From Nitrospirota bacterium (GTDB lineage: Bacteria > Nitrospirota > Nitrospiria > SBBL01 > JAADHI01), in NCBI GenBank assembly GCA_029261215.1, contig JAJDBT010000017.1:28-64027 (forward strand): a stretch of 64,000 nt of DNA. The letters run 5' to 3'. Both the position numbers and the translations under genes were made by a program. The notes under the pieces were generated by a model. It did not search any database. It was not told where the DNA came from and saw nothing but the letters and a program-made list of their open reading frames with translations. This document shows, one piece after another, positions 46,785 to 57,503 of this stretch (positions are counted from its first letter, which is position 1; the number at the start of each line of letters is the position of its first letter).

Positions 46785-48557
46785 TTAAGCGTTCTGATCT
46801 TCCTCGGTCACATCCGCGGCTTGATCTTCACTTTTTTCTTTCATTTTATTCGCAATCATTGCTCCGAGGGACTGGTCTAAATCTCCCTGTGAGCGATGAA
46901 AGGTATCCAGCGCATTCTTGTCAGAATCACGGGTCAAGCCTTTGATCGTCAGTGCGATTTTTCGTTCACCGATATCAAGACGTGCAACTTTTGCCTCGAC
47001 ATCACTGCCGATATGATAAACGTCCTCAACCCGGGCTGGCGGTTCAACGCCTGTTTCACTCACGTGAACGAGCCCTTCAACCCCTTCTTCCAGTTGAATG
47101 AAAATGCCAAAGTCCGTAATTTTAGTCACTTTGCCTTTGACTATCGTTCCCTTATTGAATCGTTTAGGAATATCATCTTCCCAGGGATCACTTGTCAGTT
47201 GTTTGTACCCGAGTGAGATACGTTCTTTCTCAGGGTCAACTTTCAAGACGACGGCATCAATAATATCCCCTTTCTTAAAAACCTCAGAGGGATGCTTCAC
47301 ATGACGTGACCATGAGATATCAGAAATATGAATGAGGCCATCAATGCCTTCTTCGAGTCCGACAAAGACGCCAAAGTCTGTGATGCTTCTAATTTCCTTG
47401 TCTTTAATGATGGTGCCTGAGGGGTACTGTTTTTCAACCAAGTCCCAGGGATTTGGCTCGATCTGCTTCATGCCCAGAGAAATCTTTCTGGCTTTTCGAT
47501 CTACGCTGAGAATCACCGCCGCAACCGAATCGCCGACAGAAACAAGACGAGAAGGATGTTTCACCTCGTGTGCCCAGGACATCTCGGAGATATGCACCAA
47601 ACCTTCGATACCCGGCTCAAGTTCAACAAAAGCGCCGTAGTCTGTCAGACTGACCACTTTTCCAAGGATCTTTGTATTTGGAGAATACTTGGTTTCAACA
47701 TCGCCCCAGGGATCAGGTGTTTTTTGCTTGGTGCCCAAGGAAACGCGTCCCGAAGTTTTATCATATTTCAAGACAACCACGGAGACTTTATCCCCGACAA
47801 TAAACAGCTCTGAGGGATGCCCGACCCGGCCCCAGGACATATCGGTGATGTGCAGCAAACCATCAATCCCGCCCAGGTCAATAAATGCGCCATATTCGGT
47901 AATGTTTTTGACAATGCCTTCGATGACCTGGCCTTCGCTCAACGACGAAAGGGTTAACTCTCTCCGTTTATCACGAGAATCTTCAAGTAAAACACGACGG
48001 GAAACAACAATATTTCCGCGCTTATGATTCATCTTGATAATTTTCATGGGATAACTTTCACCAATAAGACGATCAAGATTTCTCACAGGGCGAAGGTCAA
48101 TCTGAGAACCAGGGAGAAAGGCTTTAACCCCGATATCCACAATCATGCCGCCTTTAATGCGAGAAAGGACTGTTGCTTCAACGATGGCTTCATTGTTATA
48201 GATTTCTTCGATTTCCTTCCAAATGCGCATCCGGTCGGCTTTCTCTTTGGAAAGCACAATATTCCCATCCGCATCCTCACGCTCTTCGAGGTAGACTGTG
48301 ACGCTTCCCCCGACTTTTAATTCAGCATATTCTTCAGGTTTGAATTCCTCCTGAGGAATCATCCCTTCGGATTTGTAGCCAATATCAACCAGGATGTTAC
48401 CCCCTTCAAAAGCAAGAATCGTCCCGTCAATAATAGAACCTTCTTCCTTGTCCTCAAATGTTTTTGCATAGAGGGCATCTTGCTCAATCCGGTTTTGACG
48501 TCCTTCTTCGGTGATTTCGTCTACTTCAAATGCTCTTTTTCTCTTCACTTTCGACAT
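46785..48557 (-). CDS. rpsA: 30S ribosomal protein S1 (six S1 domains)
   Basis: Six repeats of the G..V.G.V......GAFV.L..G..GL.HISE pattern. 590 aa. Confidence 0.95.
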   Translation of the reverse strand: MSKVKRKRAFEVDEITEEGRQNRIEQDALYAKTFEDKEEGSIIDGTILAFEGGNILVDIGYKSEGMIPQEEFKPEEYAELKVGGSVTVYLEEREDADGNIVLSKEKADRMRIWKEIEEIYNNEAIVEATVLSRIKGGMIVDIGVKAFLPGSQIDLRPVRNLDRLIGESYPMKIIKMNHKRGNIVVSRRVLLEDSRDKRRELTLSSLSEGQVIEGIVKNITEYGAFIDLGGIDGLLHITDMSWGRVGHPSELFIVGDKVSVVVLKYDKTSGRVSLGTKQKTPDPWGDVETKYSPNTKILGKVVSLTDYGAFVELEPGIEGLVHISEMSWAHEVKHPSRLVSVGDSVAAVILSVDRKARKISLGMKQIEPNPWDLVEKQYPSGTIIKDKEIRSITDFGVFVGLEEGIDGLIHISDISWSRHVKHPSEVFKKGDIIDAVVLKVDPEKERISLGYKQLTSDPWEDDIPKRFNKGTIVKGKVTKITDFGIFIQLEEGVEGLVHVSETGVEPPARVEDVYHIGSDVEAKVARLDIGERKIALTIKGLTRDSDKNALDTFHRSQGDLDQSLGAMIANKMKEKSEDQAADVTEEDQNA

Positions 48558-48580
48558 GAGAATGCTGTTCTCCCTTGTGT

Positions 48581-49429
48581 TTATATTCTTTTTAAAGAAT
48601 CGATGACATTGTTAATAATCCAGTCAGGGGTTGAGGCACCGGCAGTCACGCCGACTGATTCAATAGACGGGAACCAATCTGATTGAATCTCTTCTGCTGT
48701 TTCGACATGAAAAACAGGAATACCCTTACTTCGACAAATATCCGCTAAATGCGTCGTATTTGCCGAATTCCTTCCACCGACCACGACCATGGCGCCTACT
48801 TTTTGTGACAGTGCTTCTGTTTCTGTTTGGCTATTTTCTGTTGCATAACAAATTGTATTGAAAATTTTGACCTCTTCGCAGATTTCAAGGCATTGTACGA
48901 CAATCTCCGAAAACTTTCTATAGGTCTGTGTTGTTTGAGAAATGATCCCCAATTTTTTTTTGGGGAATCGGTTTAAGAAAGTTTGAATTTCCTCAAAAGA
49001 TTCAGTGACCAGAATTTCATCACCCGCATGACCCAAGACGCTTCTTGTTTCCGGATGTTCCCTATCCCCAACCATGACCACTTGATATCCTTCATCCACA
49101 AGCTGCTTTGCGTATTTTTGGGCGTTGGTGACAAAAGGGCAGGTGGCATCCACTACTTTAAGACCCTTATTAAGCGCCTCTTCCATTAATGCAGGAGAAG
49201 AAACGCCATGAGACCTGAAAATGACGATCCCTTCTTCGATTTCATCCAAAGTATCGACCTTTCGAACCCCTTTTTCCGCAAGCTGACTGACCACTTGAGG
49301 GTTGTGAATCAAAGGTCCAAGACTTTGAACTTTTCCTTGATTTGAGTCTGCCGCATCATTGGCTAATTTAACCGCTCTTTTTACGCCGAAACAAAAACCG
49401 GCATGCTCGGCAAGTATCACTTCCATCAA
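48581..49429 (-). CDS. ispH: 4-hydroxy-3-methylbut-2-enyl diphosphate reductase
   Basis: AGFCFGVKRAV, ATCPFV and the third Cys region (NTICYAT) give the three cluster-ligand cysteines. IHNPQVV is also present. Confidence 0.95.
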   Translation of the reverse strand: MMEVILAEHAGFCFGVKRAVKLANDAADSNQGKVQSLGPLIHNPQVVSQLAEKGVRKVDTLDEIEEGIVIFRSHGVSSPALMEEALNKGLKVVDATCPFVTNAQKYAKQLVDEGYQVVMVGDREHPETRSVLGHAGDEILVTESFEEIQTFLNRFPKKKLGIISQTTQTYRKFSEIVVQCLEICEEVKIFNTICYATENSQTETEALSQKVGAMVVVGGRNSANTTHLADICRSKGIPVFHVETAEEIQSDWFPSIESVGVTAGASTPDWIINNVIDSLKRI

Positions 49430-49453
49430 GACCTCCTAAAGCAATTTAAGGCT

Positions 49454-50074
49454 TTATCTTATTTGAATAACTTGGTTTTTTAGGGCCGCTATTTCGATCA
49501 TTACTTTTGACGAGATTGTACCATAAAGTACTTTACGATGCATCTCTTCTTTCTCTGCATTTTCAATCATTTCTTTAAAATCAATAGGTTTTCCAAAACA
49601 CACGGTAACCTGACGAAAAGGTCGAATATGGTATGTTCCTTCTATAAAAACGGGGACAACTGGCGCCCTTGATGTGGCCACAAGCATCCCGATCCCCGCC
49701 TTCCCTTTTTGAAGCGCGCCATCCTTCGTGCGCGTCCCTTCCGGGTATATTGAAAGTAGTCGTCCTGCTTTTAATCGTCCGGCCGCCTCCTTCATCGCAG
49801 TATGATCTCCCTTGCCCCGGCGCACAGGGAATCCGCCCAGACTTTTAAGAAATGCGGCAATCAGCTTATTCTGAAACAGCTCACTTTTGGCGATATTATC
49901 GATGGGCCGATTCAGAGCACAGCCAAGCAGAGGAATATCAAAATAACTGCTGTGGTTTGCCGAGACGATCACCCCCCCCTCTTTTGGCACATGCTCAAGG
50001 CCAATCACCTGCAAACGGAAAAACAGTTTTGCGAAACAAGATACAAGAACATGCGCAATTTGATACAACATCAC
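49454..50074 (-). CDS. plsC: 1-acyl-sn-glycerol-3-phosphate acyltransferase
   Basis: NHSSYFD (HX4D) and IYPEGTRT motifs. Confidence 0.9.
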   Translation of the reverse strand: MMLYQIAHVLVSCFAKLFFRLQVIGLEHVPKEGGVIVSANHSSYFDIPLLGCALNRPIDNIAKSELFQNKLIAAFLKSLGGFPVRRGKGDHTAMKEAAGRLKAGRLLSIYPEGTRTKDGALQKGKAGIGMLVATSRAPVVPVFIEGTYHIRPFRQVTVCFGKPIDFKEMIENAEKEEMHRKVLYGTISSKVMIEIAALKNQVIQIR

Positions 50075-50123
50075 AAAAGACGGCGTTTTTGATCGTTTAT
50101 ACGCATTGTTTCAGATCCAGTCA

Positions 50124-50831
50124 TTACCGACAAGCCACTCGCTCCGAGATAAAATGCATCATCTTTTCGAGCACCTCATCCAGAGTCAAATCTGTAGAGT
50201 CAATAATGACGGTATCTTTTCCGGCTGACAAAGGGGCAAGAGATCGACTTTGATCTTGTCGGTCGCGTGTTTCAAGATCTCGTTTTGTTTCCGACAATTC
50301 GGTCAATACCCCTTGATTTAAAAGGTCTTTATCCCGCCTTTTCCCCCGAATCGAAAGGTCGGCGTCAAGATAAAATTTAATATCTGCATTCGGAAAAACC
50401 ACCGTTCCAGTATCCCGGCCTTCTGCGACAATACCGCCTTTTTCACCCAATTGTCGTTGTACAGATAATAGTTTTTCTCTGACAGACCGCATTGAAGAAA
50501 TCACTGATGACGCCGCAGTAACTTCCGGAAACCGGAGATAGGGCGTCGCATCTTCTTTATTCACCCAAACCTCGTTTTTGTCACCATGGATCGTTAAGTG
50601 AATTTCAAGCGCCTGACAAAACGCGTCAATCTTTAATTCATTATCGAGGTCTATTTTTTCCTGAATCATTTTCCACGCAATGGCTCGATACAAAGCCCCG
50701 GTATCGAGATACACATAACCCAGGCCTGAAGCCAACAGTTTTGCTGCGCTGCTTTTTCCAGCGCCCGCAGGTCCGTCAATAGTAATTGTCAATTTTTGAT
50801 TTGAGGTATATTTTGAAGGAGATGCGTTCAA
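50124..50831 (-). CDS. cmk: Cytidylate kinase
   Basis: ITIDGPAGAGKSSAAKLLA P-loop, YLDTGALYRA, and DADLSIRGKRR. Confidence 0.95.
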   Translation of the reverse strand: MNASPSKYTSNQKLTITIDGPAGAGKSSAAKLLASGLGYVYLDTGALYRAIAWKMIQEKIDLDNELKIDAFCQALEIHLTIHGDKNEVWVNKEDATPYLRFPEVTAASSVISSMRSVREKLLSVQRQLGEKGGIVAEGRDTGTVVFPNADIKFYLDADLSIRGKRRDKDLLNQGVLTELSETKRDLETRDRQDQSRSLAPLSAGKDTVIIDSTDLTLDEVLEKMMHFISERVACR

Positions 50832-52138
50832 GTGACCGCCAACTGGGATAACAAGGTCAAAAACCCCGGGAAAGAGGTATTAATGCACTTCAGATCATCC
50901 ACATGGTTTCCACCGTCCGTCAACAAACCTGCCACGGTCATTGACATCGCAATCCGGTGATCCCCATCGGTTTTGCAGGCGGTACTTTTCCAATCTGCCC
51001 GGCCCTCGATAGAGATGCCGTCAGAATGAGTCTCCAGATCCAGGCCCATGCCCCGCAAACCTTCTGCCATTCTTTCGATTCGGTCACTTTCTTTAACACG
51101 CAACTCTCCCCCATCGCGAAATACGGTTGTGCCTTCCGCACGAGCAGCCGCAACGCAGAGAATAGGAAACTCATCAATCACAGCCGTCATGAGCGGTCCT
51201 TCAATAAGGGTCGCTTTTAATGGGGCAAATCGTACGATCAAATCCGCAACAGGTTCGTTCGTCGACGACGAAAGCGGTTGAATCTGAATATCTGCACCCA
51301 TCTTCTGAAGTACCTCTAAGACACCGGTTCTCGACGGGTTAAGGCCCACATTTTTAAGCATAATTTCAGAACCTGGCACAATCGAACCTGCAACAAGAAA
51401 AAAGGCCGCTGAAGAAATATCTCCAGGGATATTAATATCACGAGCCTGAAAAGACCCGCCACCCTCCACCGAAAGCGCCGCTCCTTTTTTTTTAAAAGGA
51501 ACCTCAAAAAATTCAAACATACGCTCCGTATGATCCCGTGAAGGACCCGGTTCATAAACCGTTGTGCGGCCTTCAGTGCAAAGCCCAGCCAACAAAATTG
51601 CCGATTTCACCTGGGCACTTGCAATCGGAAGGTGATACGCGACCGGCTTTAAGGCTTTGCCCGAAATTGCCAGCGGGGCCTGTGTTCCTTCTGCGCGGCC
51701 CGAAATCTCTGCTCCCATCAAACGAAGTGGTTCAATAACCCGTTTCATGGGTCGTTTCCGAAGTGATTGATCTCCGGTCAACACTGAAAAAAAAGACTGG
51801 CCGGACAGGAGACCGGACATCAGACGCATGGTCGTTCCGGAATTGCCACAGTCGATCACATCTTCCGGCTCTGTCAGGCCCTTCAGTCCTTTTCCCTCAA
51901 CCTCAAGGAGGTCTTTCCCGCTTTTGTTCGTTTTTTGTATCGAGATTCGCATCGACTGAAATGCGGCGAGGGTGCGTTCGCAGTCTTCGGAAGGGAGGTA
52001 CCCCTGTATTCTGCTTCGACCTTTTGCCAAAGCAGATAAAATAATCGCCCGATGCGTGATCGATTTATCGCCCGGAATGAGAACAGCGCCTCGCAAGGGT
52101 TTTGCTTTGAATTGCCCGGACAAGCGGGGTGCGGTCAT
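50828..52138 (-). CDS. aroA: 3-phosphoshikimate 1-carboxyvinyltransferase (EPSP synthase)
   Basis: IPGDKSITHRAIILSALA, NSGTTMRL, LRVKESDRI and DHRIAMS signatures. 4-nt overlaps with cmk and tyrA. Confidence 0.95.
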   Translation of the reverse strand: MTAPRLSGQFKAKPLRGAVLIPGDKSITHRAIILSALAKGRSRIQGYLPSEDCERTLAAFQSMRISIQKTNKSGKDLLEVEGKGLKGLTEPEDVIDCGNSGTTMRLMSGLLSGQSFFSVLTGDQSLRKRPMKRVIEPLRLMGAEISGRAEGTQAPLAISGKALKPVAYHLPIASAQVKSAILLAGLCTEGRTTVYEPGPSRDHTERMFEFFEVPFKKKGAALSVEGGGSFQARDINIPGDISSAAFFLVAGSIVPGSEIMLKNVGLNPSRTGVLEVLQKMGADIQIQPLSSSTNEPVADLIVRFAPLKATLIEGPLMTAVIDEFPILCVAAARAEGTTVFRDGGELRVKESDRIERMAEGLRGMGLDLETHSDGISIEGRADWKSTACKTDGDHRIAMSMTVAGLLTDGGNHVDDLKCINTSFPGFLTLLSQLAVT

Positions 52139-52992
52139 CGGATGGCTTGCTCCCGGATGTCATTGGCCCGGTTAAAAATTTCAATCAAGCCTGCGCCGTC
52201 ATTGATCAAAATTTTCTTCTTAATTTTTTCAAGCGTCTCCTGATAAATATCTATCCCTTCGACAACGGCATCTTTATTCGCAAGAAAAATATCCCGCCAC
52301 ATTTCCGGAGAACTGGCTGCAATACGTGTAAAGTCCCTCAAGCCACCCGCTGAATACTCGACAGGGTTCAGCGGCGCAATTCTGGGGTGTGTCAACATCT
52401 CCATCAAGGCATAAGCTACGACATGCGGCAGATGACTGACAAAACTTAAAATGCGGTCATGATCAAAAGGATCGAGTTCAAAAACGTTTGCCCCGACGGC
52501 TTCCCAGAGCGCTTTCACTTTTTTTAGTGCATCCCGATTGGTTTCTGGTATCGGCGTTAAAATCGTACGGCAGCCCTTGTAGAGCGTACCCGTCGCCGCC
52601 ATCACCCCTGATTTTTCCCGTCCCGCAATAGGATGTCCTCCCACAAAAGAGGCATGTTCAGGCATCAGGTTCGTGAGGGTTTTTACCAGCGCGCCTTTAA
52701 CACTTCCGGCATCGGTGACAATCGCTCCCTCTTTGAGATGAGGCGCCATGATTCGGCAAAGAGACTCAAAAGTACCGACGGGCGTGGTTAAACAAACCAG
52801 ATCCGCGTCTTTAATGGCTTTTGGCAAGGTGAGGCAATAACGGTCGATGGCTTGAATAGAGACCGCTTTGTTCAACGCGCCCCGCCGCCTGCCATAACCG
52901 ACCACACTTTTGACAACCTTTTTCTTTTTTAAAGCCAGTCCCAAAGAACCACCAATCAGTCCGACTCCGATAATTGTAACCTGGTTAAACAA
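52135..52992 (-). CDS. tyrA: Prephenate dehydrogenase
   Basis: VTIIGVGLIGGSLGLAL Rossmann motif, GGHPIAG, and SHLPHVVA. Confidence 0.9.
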   Translation of the reverse strand: MFNQVTIIGVGLIGGSLGLALKKKKVVKSVVGYGRRRGALNKAVSIQAIDRYCLTLPKAIKDADLVCLTTPVGTFESLCRIMAPHLKEGAIVTDAGSVKGALVKTLTNLMPEHASFVGGHPIAGREKSGVMAATGTLYKGCRTILTPIPETNRDALKKVKALWEAVGANVFELDPFDHDRILSFVSHLPHVVAYALMEMLTHPRIAPLNPVEYSAGGLRDFTRIAASSPEMWRDIFLANKDAVVEGIDIYQETLEKIKKKILINDGAGLIEIFNRANDIREQAIR

Positions 52993-53040
52993 TACGTAAA
53001 CTCCTTAATTTTGTGATCCAGACCGATCTACGATTTTAGA

Positions 53041-54054
53041 CTAGATATCCCGATCAACGGCCACAGCAATGCGTTTTAATTCTGAAACCAACGATTTAAA
53101 ATCATTGGGCAGCATGGCTTGGTCTCCGTCACAAAAAGCTTCCGCAGGATTTGCATGGACTTCGATCATCAAGCCGTCAGCACCCGCTGCAATGGCTGCT
53201 TTCGCCATTGAAGGAATCAAATGTGTCTTTCCAACCGCATGACTCGGATCAACAATAACCGGAAGATGCGTCAGCTGTTTCAAAACCGGTACGGCAGAGA
53301 GATCCAAAGTGTTTCGGGTCGCTGTTTCAAAAGTACGAATACCTCGTTCACAAAGCATGACCTGATCATTTCCGGCAGAAAGAATGTATTCGGCGGAAAG
53401 CAAGAATTCCTTAATCGTCGCAGAAAGCCCTCTTTTTAACATCACCGGTTTATTATGTGCCCCGACTTCTGCCAGCAAACGAAAGTTCTGCATATTTCGC
53501 GCACCAATCTGGATGATGTCGGCATACTTCATCATCATGGGCATATCTCTGGGATCCATCACTTCAGTAATCACTGGGAGTCCCGTTTGTTTTTTTGCTT
53601 CGGCTAGAAATTCAAGCCCTTCTTCTCCGAGCCCCTGAAATGAATAAGGTGAAGTCCGGGGCTTAAACGCTCCGCCTCGGAGAATCTTCGCGCCTGCGGC
53701 CTTAACTTCTCTGGCAACCCCGGAAAGCTGGTCTTTTGACTCAACCGAGCACGGACCGGCCATCAGAACAATATTCTTCCCGCCGATCTTCACACCATCA
53801 ACATCGAGAATGGTATTTTCTTTTTTAAATTCCCGGCTCACCAGTTTATATGGGGAAAGAATCGGGAGCGCCTTCTCCACACCGGGGAGGGCAGAAAGGG
53901 TTTGCTGCTGCAAGGCGCGTTCATCCCCGATTACGGCAATCACAACCCGCTCTTTTCCCATTAGAACATGAGGCGTAAGTCCGGCTTCTTCAATTCGTTT
54001 AACAATACGTTCTCGTTCCTGATCTGTAGTCCCTGGTTTTAATACGATAATCAT
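53041..54054 (-). CDS. 3-deoxy-7-phosphoheptulonate (DAHP) synthase, type I-beta with an N-terminal ferredoxin-like regulatory domain
   Basis: The N-terminus [30 protein letters not shown] resembles the Thermotoga-type FL domain. The KDO8PS-like core has [21 protein letters not shown] and VDPSHA. Confidence 0.9.
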   Translation of the reverse strand: MIIVLKPGTTDQERERIVKRIEEAGLTPHVLMGKERVVIAVIGDERALQQQTLSALPGVEKALPILSPYKLVSREFKKENTILDVDGVKIGGKNIVLMAGPCSVESKDQLSGVAREVKAAGAKILRGGAFKPRTSPYSFQGLGEEGLEFLAEAKKQTGLPVITEVMDPRDMPMMMKYADIIQIGARNMQNFRLLAEVGAHNKPVMLKRGLSATIKEFLLSAEYILSAGNDQVMLCERGIRTFETATRNTLDLSAVPVLKQLTHLPVIVDPSHAVGKTHLIPSMAKAAIAAGADGLMIEVHANPAEAFCDGDQAMLPNDFKSLVSELKRIAVAVDRDI

Positions 54055-54064
54055 GTGCTGTCTC

Positions 54065-55183
54065 CTAAATCCCTTGGTCAGGATTTTGTTTTTTGACGGT
54101 TAAAAGGATGTCATTTAATGCATTCATAAATCTTTTATTTTCACTCGGCCGACCAATGGTCACCCTGAGAAAGGGGCCACCAAAATGACGAATGATGACG
54201 CCTTTTTCAAGAAGGCCTTTGTGAATTTTCACTCCAATGTCAGGGTGCGCTCCTTTAAAATAAAAGTAAATAAAATTGGACTCTGTTGGGTAATACGTAA
54301 TCTTCAAGGCGTCAAAAAATCGATAGAGGGCTGATTTTCCTTTTTGATTTACAGCCCTGGACTGCGCATAGTGCGCTTCATCCGAAAGTGCGGCCAATGC
54401 GCCCAGCTGTCCTGGCAAATTACTGTTAAAAGGCTGACGCACCCGATTCATATATGAAATAACTTCCGGGTGAGCAATGCCATATCCGATTCTTAAACCA
54501 GCCAAACCGTATATTTTTGAGAAAGTGCGAAGCATAATCAAAGGAGCGCCCTTTTTTAAGGAGGCGATGCTGTCAGGGTAATCCGTATCAGTCACATACT
54601 CGGCGTAGGCCTCATCAAAAACAACTAAAATACGCTTGGGCAATTTCGATAAAAACATCTGAACTTCTTTTTTCCTGATCACAGTCCCCGTTGGATTGTT
54701 CGGGTTGCAGATAAAAATCAACTTGGTCTTATCAGTAATCGCCTTCTTCATCCCAACAAGGTCGTGACAACCCGACTTCAATGGCACCTCGATCGATTTG
54801 CCATGCCCCGACTGTAACATCAGCCTATAAAGGGAAAAAGTCGGTTTGGCCATAATCGCTTCATCACCCGGCATGATAAATGTGCGAACCAGGAGTTCAA
54901 TAATTTCATTTGAACCATTTCCCAAGAGAACCTGCCCGGCATCCACTTTCCATTTTTCGGCTAAGGCCTCTTTGAGTGAGAAGCCTCCGCCGTCGGGATA
55001 GCGCGACACCGTTTTGAGTCCGTTGCGAATCGCTTCCATAGCCTTCTTGGAAGGCCCCAGGGGATTTTCATTGGATGCCAGTTTAATCGCACCGGAAATG
55101 CCCAATTCGCGTTCCAGTTCCGAAATGGGTTTGCCTGGCACATATGGCTTTATTTGTGAGATATCTCGGCTGACTTTAATCAT
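54065..55183 (-). CDS. hisC: Histidinol-phosphate / aromatic aminotransferase
   Basis: [20 protein letters not shown] and [15 protein letters not shown] (PLP Lys). The internal Met at 55183 avoids an overlap with pheA. The track start is 55288. Confidence 0.9.
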   Translation of the reverse strand: MIKVSRDISQIKPYVPGKPISELERELGISGAIKLASNENPLGPSKKAMEAIRNGLKTVSRYPDGGGFSLKEALAEKWKVDAGQVLLGNGSNEIIELLVRTFIMPGDEAIMAKPTFSLYRLMLQSGHGKSIEVPLKSGCHDLVGMKKAITDKTKLIFICNPNNPTGTVIRKKEVQMFLSKLPKRILVVFDEAYAEYVTDTDYPDSIASLKKGAPLIMLRTFSKIYGLAGLRIGYGIAHPEVISYMNRVRQPFNSNLPGQLGALAALSDEAHYAQSRAVNQKGKSALYRFFDALKITYYPTESNFIYFYFKGAHPDIGVKIHKGLLEKGVIIRHFGGPFLRVTIGRPSENKRFMNALNDILLTVKKQNPDQGI

Positions 55184-55190
55184 CGTTTTT

Positions 55191-56279
55191 TTAATATTTA
55201 AATTCTTCCGCCATCGGATAAGATCCAAGAACTTTGATGGAAACCATCTGGGATTTAAGTTCCTCCAAGACCAATTGAATGCCTTCATCCTCTACATGCC
55301 CGTTCATATCGATATGAAAAAGGTATTCCCAGGCTTTTTTCTTTGAAGGGCGTGAACCGATTTTCGCCAGATTAATCTGATGTTTCGCAAAATGTCGCAA
55401 TATTTTATAGAGGGCACCCGGCGTGTCTTTGATAGACACGATCAGAGAGGTTTTATCATCACCTGTTGAGGCACTGAGTCTTTTCGAAATCACAAGAAAA
55501 CGGGTGATGTTTTGTGTACTGTCTTCAATTCTTTTTTGAAGTATGGGAATTTCATAAATCATCGCCGCCACTTCTGAGGCAATGGCCGCAGAAGTGGGAT
55601 CATTTTGACACAGTTCCGCAGCCTTAGCCGTGCTGGCAACACCGGTTAAGGTCGCATTGGGCAAATGCTGTTCCAAAAACTCTTTGCACTGTCCAAAAGC
55701 CTGAGGATGAGAATAGACCTGTTCAATCGCACTCAAGGTTCCCGCTTTTGAAAGTAGATGATGTGTTACTTCCAGAAATATCTCGGCAAAAATTTTGATC
55801 GGAGAATCCGCGAACAAATCAAGTGTGTGATTCACAACCCCTTCTGTGGAATTTTCGATGGGAACCACGCCAAAATCTGAGAGCCCTTTTTCAACTTCAT
55901 TAAAAACAGACTTAATGCTGCCAACAGGCCGATCAGTCACAGAATGTCCAAAATATTCAAAACAGGCAAGATGGGAAAAAGTGGCCTTCGGGCCAAGGTA
56001 AGCGACCTTGATTGGCTCCTGCAATGCGTGTGACGCAGAAATCACTTCCCGAAAAATAGTGTGTATCGCCTGGTTTGAAAGGGGGCCCGAGTTGAGTTGG
56101 CTTAATCGCGTATAAATCCACTTTTCACGTGAAGGGTCGTAAGATTCCGTTTGATGATTGCGTTTTACCTCCCCGATTTCCAGGGCGATTTTCGCTCGTT
56201 CGTTCAGAAGCGCGACGAGATTTTCATCAATCTTGTCGATTTTTTTACGATAGGGGTCAAGCGGGTTTATTAGTGACAA
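55191..56279 (-). CDS. pheA: Bifunctional chorismate mutase / prephenate dehydratase (P-protein)
   Basis: The CM helix region (RKKIDKIDENLVALLNERAKIALEIGEVK), PDT (VAYLGPKATFSH, TRF) and a C-terminal ACT (TSLIVSIKDTPGALYKIL) are all present. Confidence 0.95.
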   Translation of the reverse strand: MSLINPLDPYRKKIDKIDENLVALLNERAKIALEIGEVKRNHQTESYDPSREKWIYTRLSQLNSGPLSNQAIHTIFREVISASHALQEPIKVAYLGPKATFSHLACFEYFGHSVTDRPVGSIKSVFNEVEKGLSDFGVVPIENSTEGVVNHTLDLFADSPIKIFAEIFLEVTHHLLSKAGTLSAIEQVYSHPQAFGQCKEFLEQHLPNATLTGVASTAKAAELCQNDPTSAAIASEVAAMIYEIPILQKRIEDSTQNITRFLVISKRLSASTGDDKTSLIVSIKDTPGALYKILRHFAKHQINLAKIGSRPSKKKAWEYLFHIDMNGHVEDEGIQLVLEELKSQMVSIKVLGSYPMAEEFKY

Positions 56280-56344
56280 ATACAGAATCCTCCTTGAAAG
56301 AAAATCTGTAAATACTAGCGTATTTAATTGAGATGTTCAAGCTG

Positions 56345-56363
56345 AAGCCCCTCACCGGGGCTT
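56345..56363. terminator. 7-bp GC-rich hairpin between the 325-aa secreted-protein gene and pheA
   Basis: AAGCCCC-tcacc-GGGGCTT. A T-tract follows only in the plus-strand reading, so its function on the minus-strand transcript is uncertain. Confidence 0.25.
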
Positions 56364-56441
56364 TTAAAGAAAAACTTCCTGATCAGCGAGGATTTAAAGA
56401 GGAGGATATAAAGAAGGGAATCGACCTTAAGGATCGGGGCG

Positions 56442-57374
56442 CTATTTCGAAGAGTCAAAAAGAATGGTATCCCCTTTTGTAATGGGCTCCAGACTTTGGA
56501 TGATTTTTGCAGTGGCAGTGCGCGCTTGTGTCGCAAGAACAACCATTGTGCCAATTTTCCGAAAAGGAAGACTATGATCTTCGATTTTTGTATTTGAAAA
56601 GGTATCACTTCGTGTACCTTCATGAATGACAATAAACTGATCGCCGCGTGAAACACCGTCTTCTTTTCCGCGATCAATATAGACAATGTCATGCTGCGCA
56701 TTATTTCTTCGGTCTTCCCGAACTTCGACGACATAGGCCTCGTCGCCTTTTTCCGGGGTAAGGCCCAATGGGGAGGAATCTGGAAAAAACGCTTCAATGA
56801 AGGCGATACGATCCCCTTTTCCAATAGGCTCCCTCGACCGGACAATCTGGGCCGTCGCCACTTTTGCATCCAGGTCGATCACTTTGACCATCCCCAGCAC
56901 ATACACCAGTTCACCCATCAGCACCTTAGTTTTTGGATGACGGACATCTTTTACCGATTTAAAGACGACCCACTCCTGATCAGGAGCAAAGTTTTTTTGA
57001 GTAGAATCCAGATAAACAATGTCGCCCTGTCCCAGAAGTTGTTTCCGGTCTTCCGAGGCTGCGATACTGCCGAGCTGGCTTGGTTTGAGCAAAATCATCC
57101 CTTGTGAAATCAGCGGCCAAAGATCCTCTTTTTCTGTGACAGATCTTTCTAAAATGACAGGTTCGGGTTCCGGAGAAAGAAGAAGATCAAAATCTTCTTC
57201 AACACGAGGTGGCAAGGGGGCGGCTAAAAGTGGTTTTTCGGGTTGTTGAGGGCTAACAATTTCTTCTATTTCAAGACCATCTGCTTTCACTGAGGGGGTA
57301 TAAACAATCATCCCAAAGATCAAGAGAAAGAAGAAAAAGGAATTTGTCCTGGCATAAAACACTTTAATCCACAT
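56442..57374 (-). CDS. Secreted protein with an internal tandem duplication (two beta-rich GD-x-[IV] modules)
   Basis: Signal peptide after the internal Met (MWIKVFYARTNSFFFFLLIFGMIVYTPSVKA), preceded by AAGGTG. Repeat 1 runs GDIVYLD...ATAQIVRSREPIGKGDRIAF. Repeat 2 runs HDIVYID...ATAKIIQSLEPITKGDTILF. Confidence 0.6.
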   Translation of the reverse strand: MWIKVFYARTNSFFFFLLIFGMIVYTPSVKADGLEIEEIVSPQQPEKPLLAAPLPPRVEEDFDLLLSPEPEPVILERSVTEKEDLWPLISQGMILLKPSQLGSIAASEDRKQLLGQGDIVYLDSTQKNFAPDQEWVVFKSVKDVRHPKTKVLMGELVYVLGMVKVIDLDAKVATAQIVRSREPIGKGDRIAFIEAFFPDSSPLGLTPEKGDEAYVVEVREDRRNNAQHDIVYIDRGKEDGVSRGDQFIVIHEGTRSDTFSNTKIEDHSLPFRKIGTMVVLATQARTATAKIIQSLEPITKGDTILFDSSK

Positions 57375-57503
57375 TTTTTCACCTTTTGGCATGAAAGACA
57401 CAGCTCTCAAAGCGGTCAATCACTCGACAACTTCGATATCGATTTGTTTACTTCACCTGACTCACAAAAGATACCAAATCAATGCGCATTGTCAAGATCG
57501 CGT

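Noticed and set aside
55184-55288. A 35-codon N-terminal extension of hisC overlapping the 3' end of pheA. A similar extension affects the NlpC/P60 gene (35768..35851).
   Set aside because: Internal Met codons give canonical N-termini: [17 protein letters not shown] for HisC and the lipoprotein signal MRLASF..LLAAC for NlpC/P60. They also remove the overlaps.
56324-56869. A 181-aa minus-strand ORF overlapping the 3' half of the secreted-protein gene in another frame.
   Set aside because: It has no motifs. The competing frame (56442..57374) has a signal peptide and an internal duplication that supports real coding.
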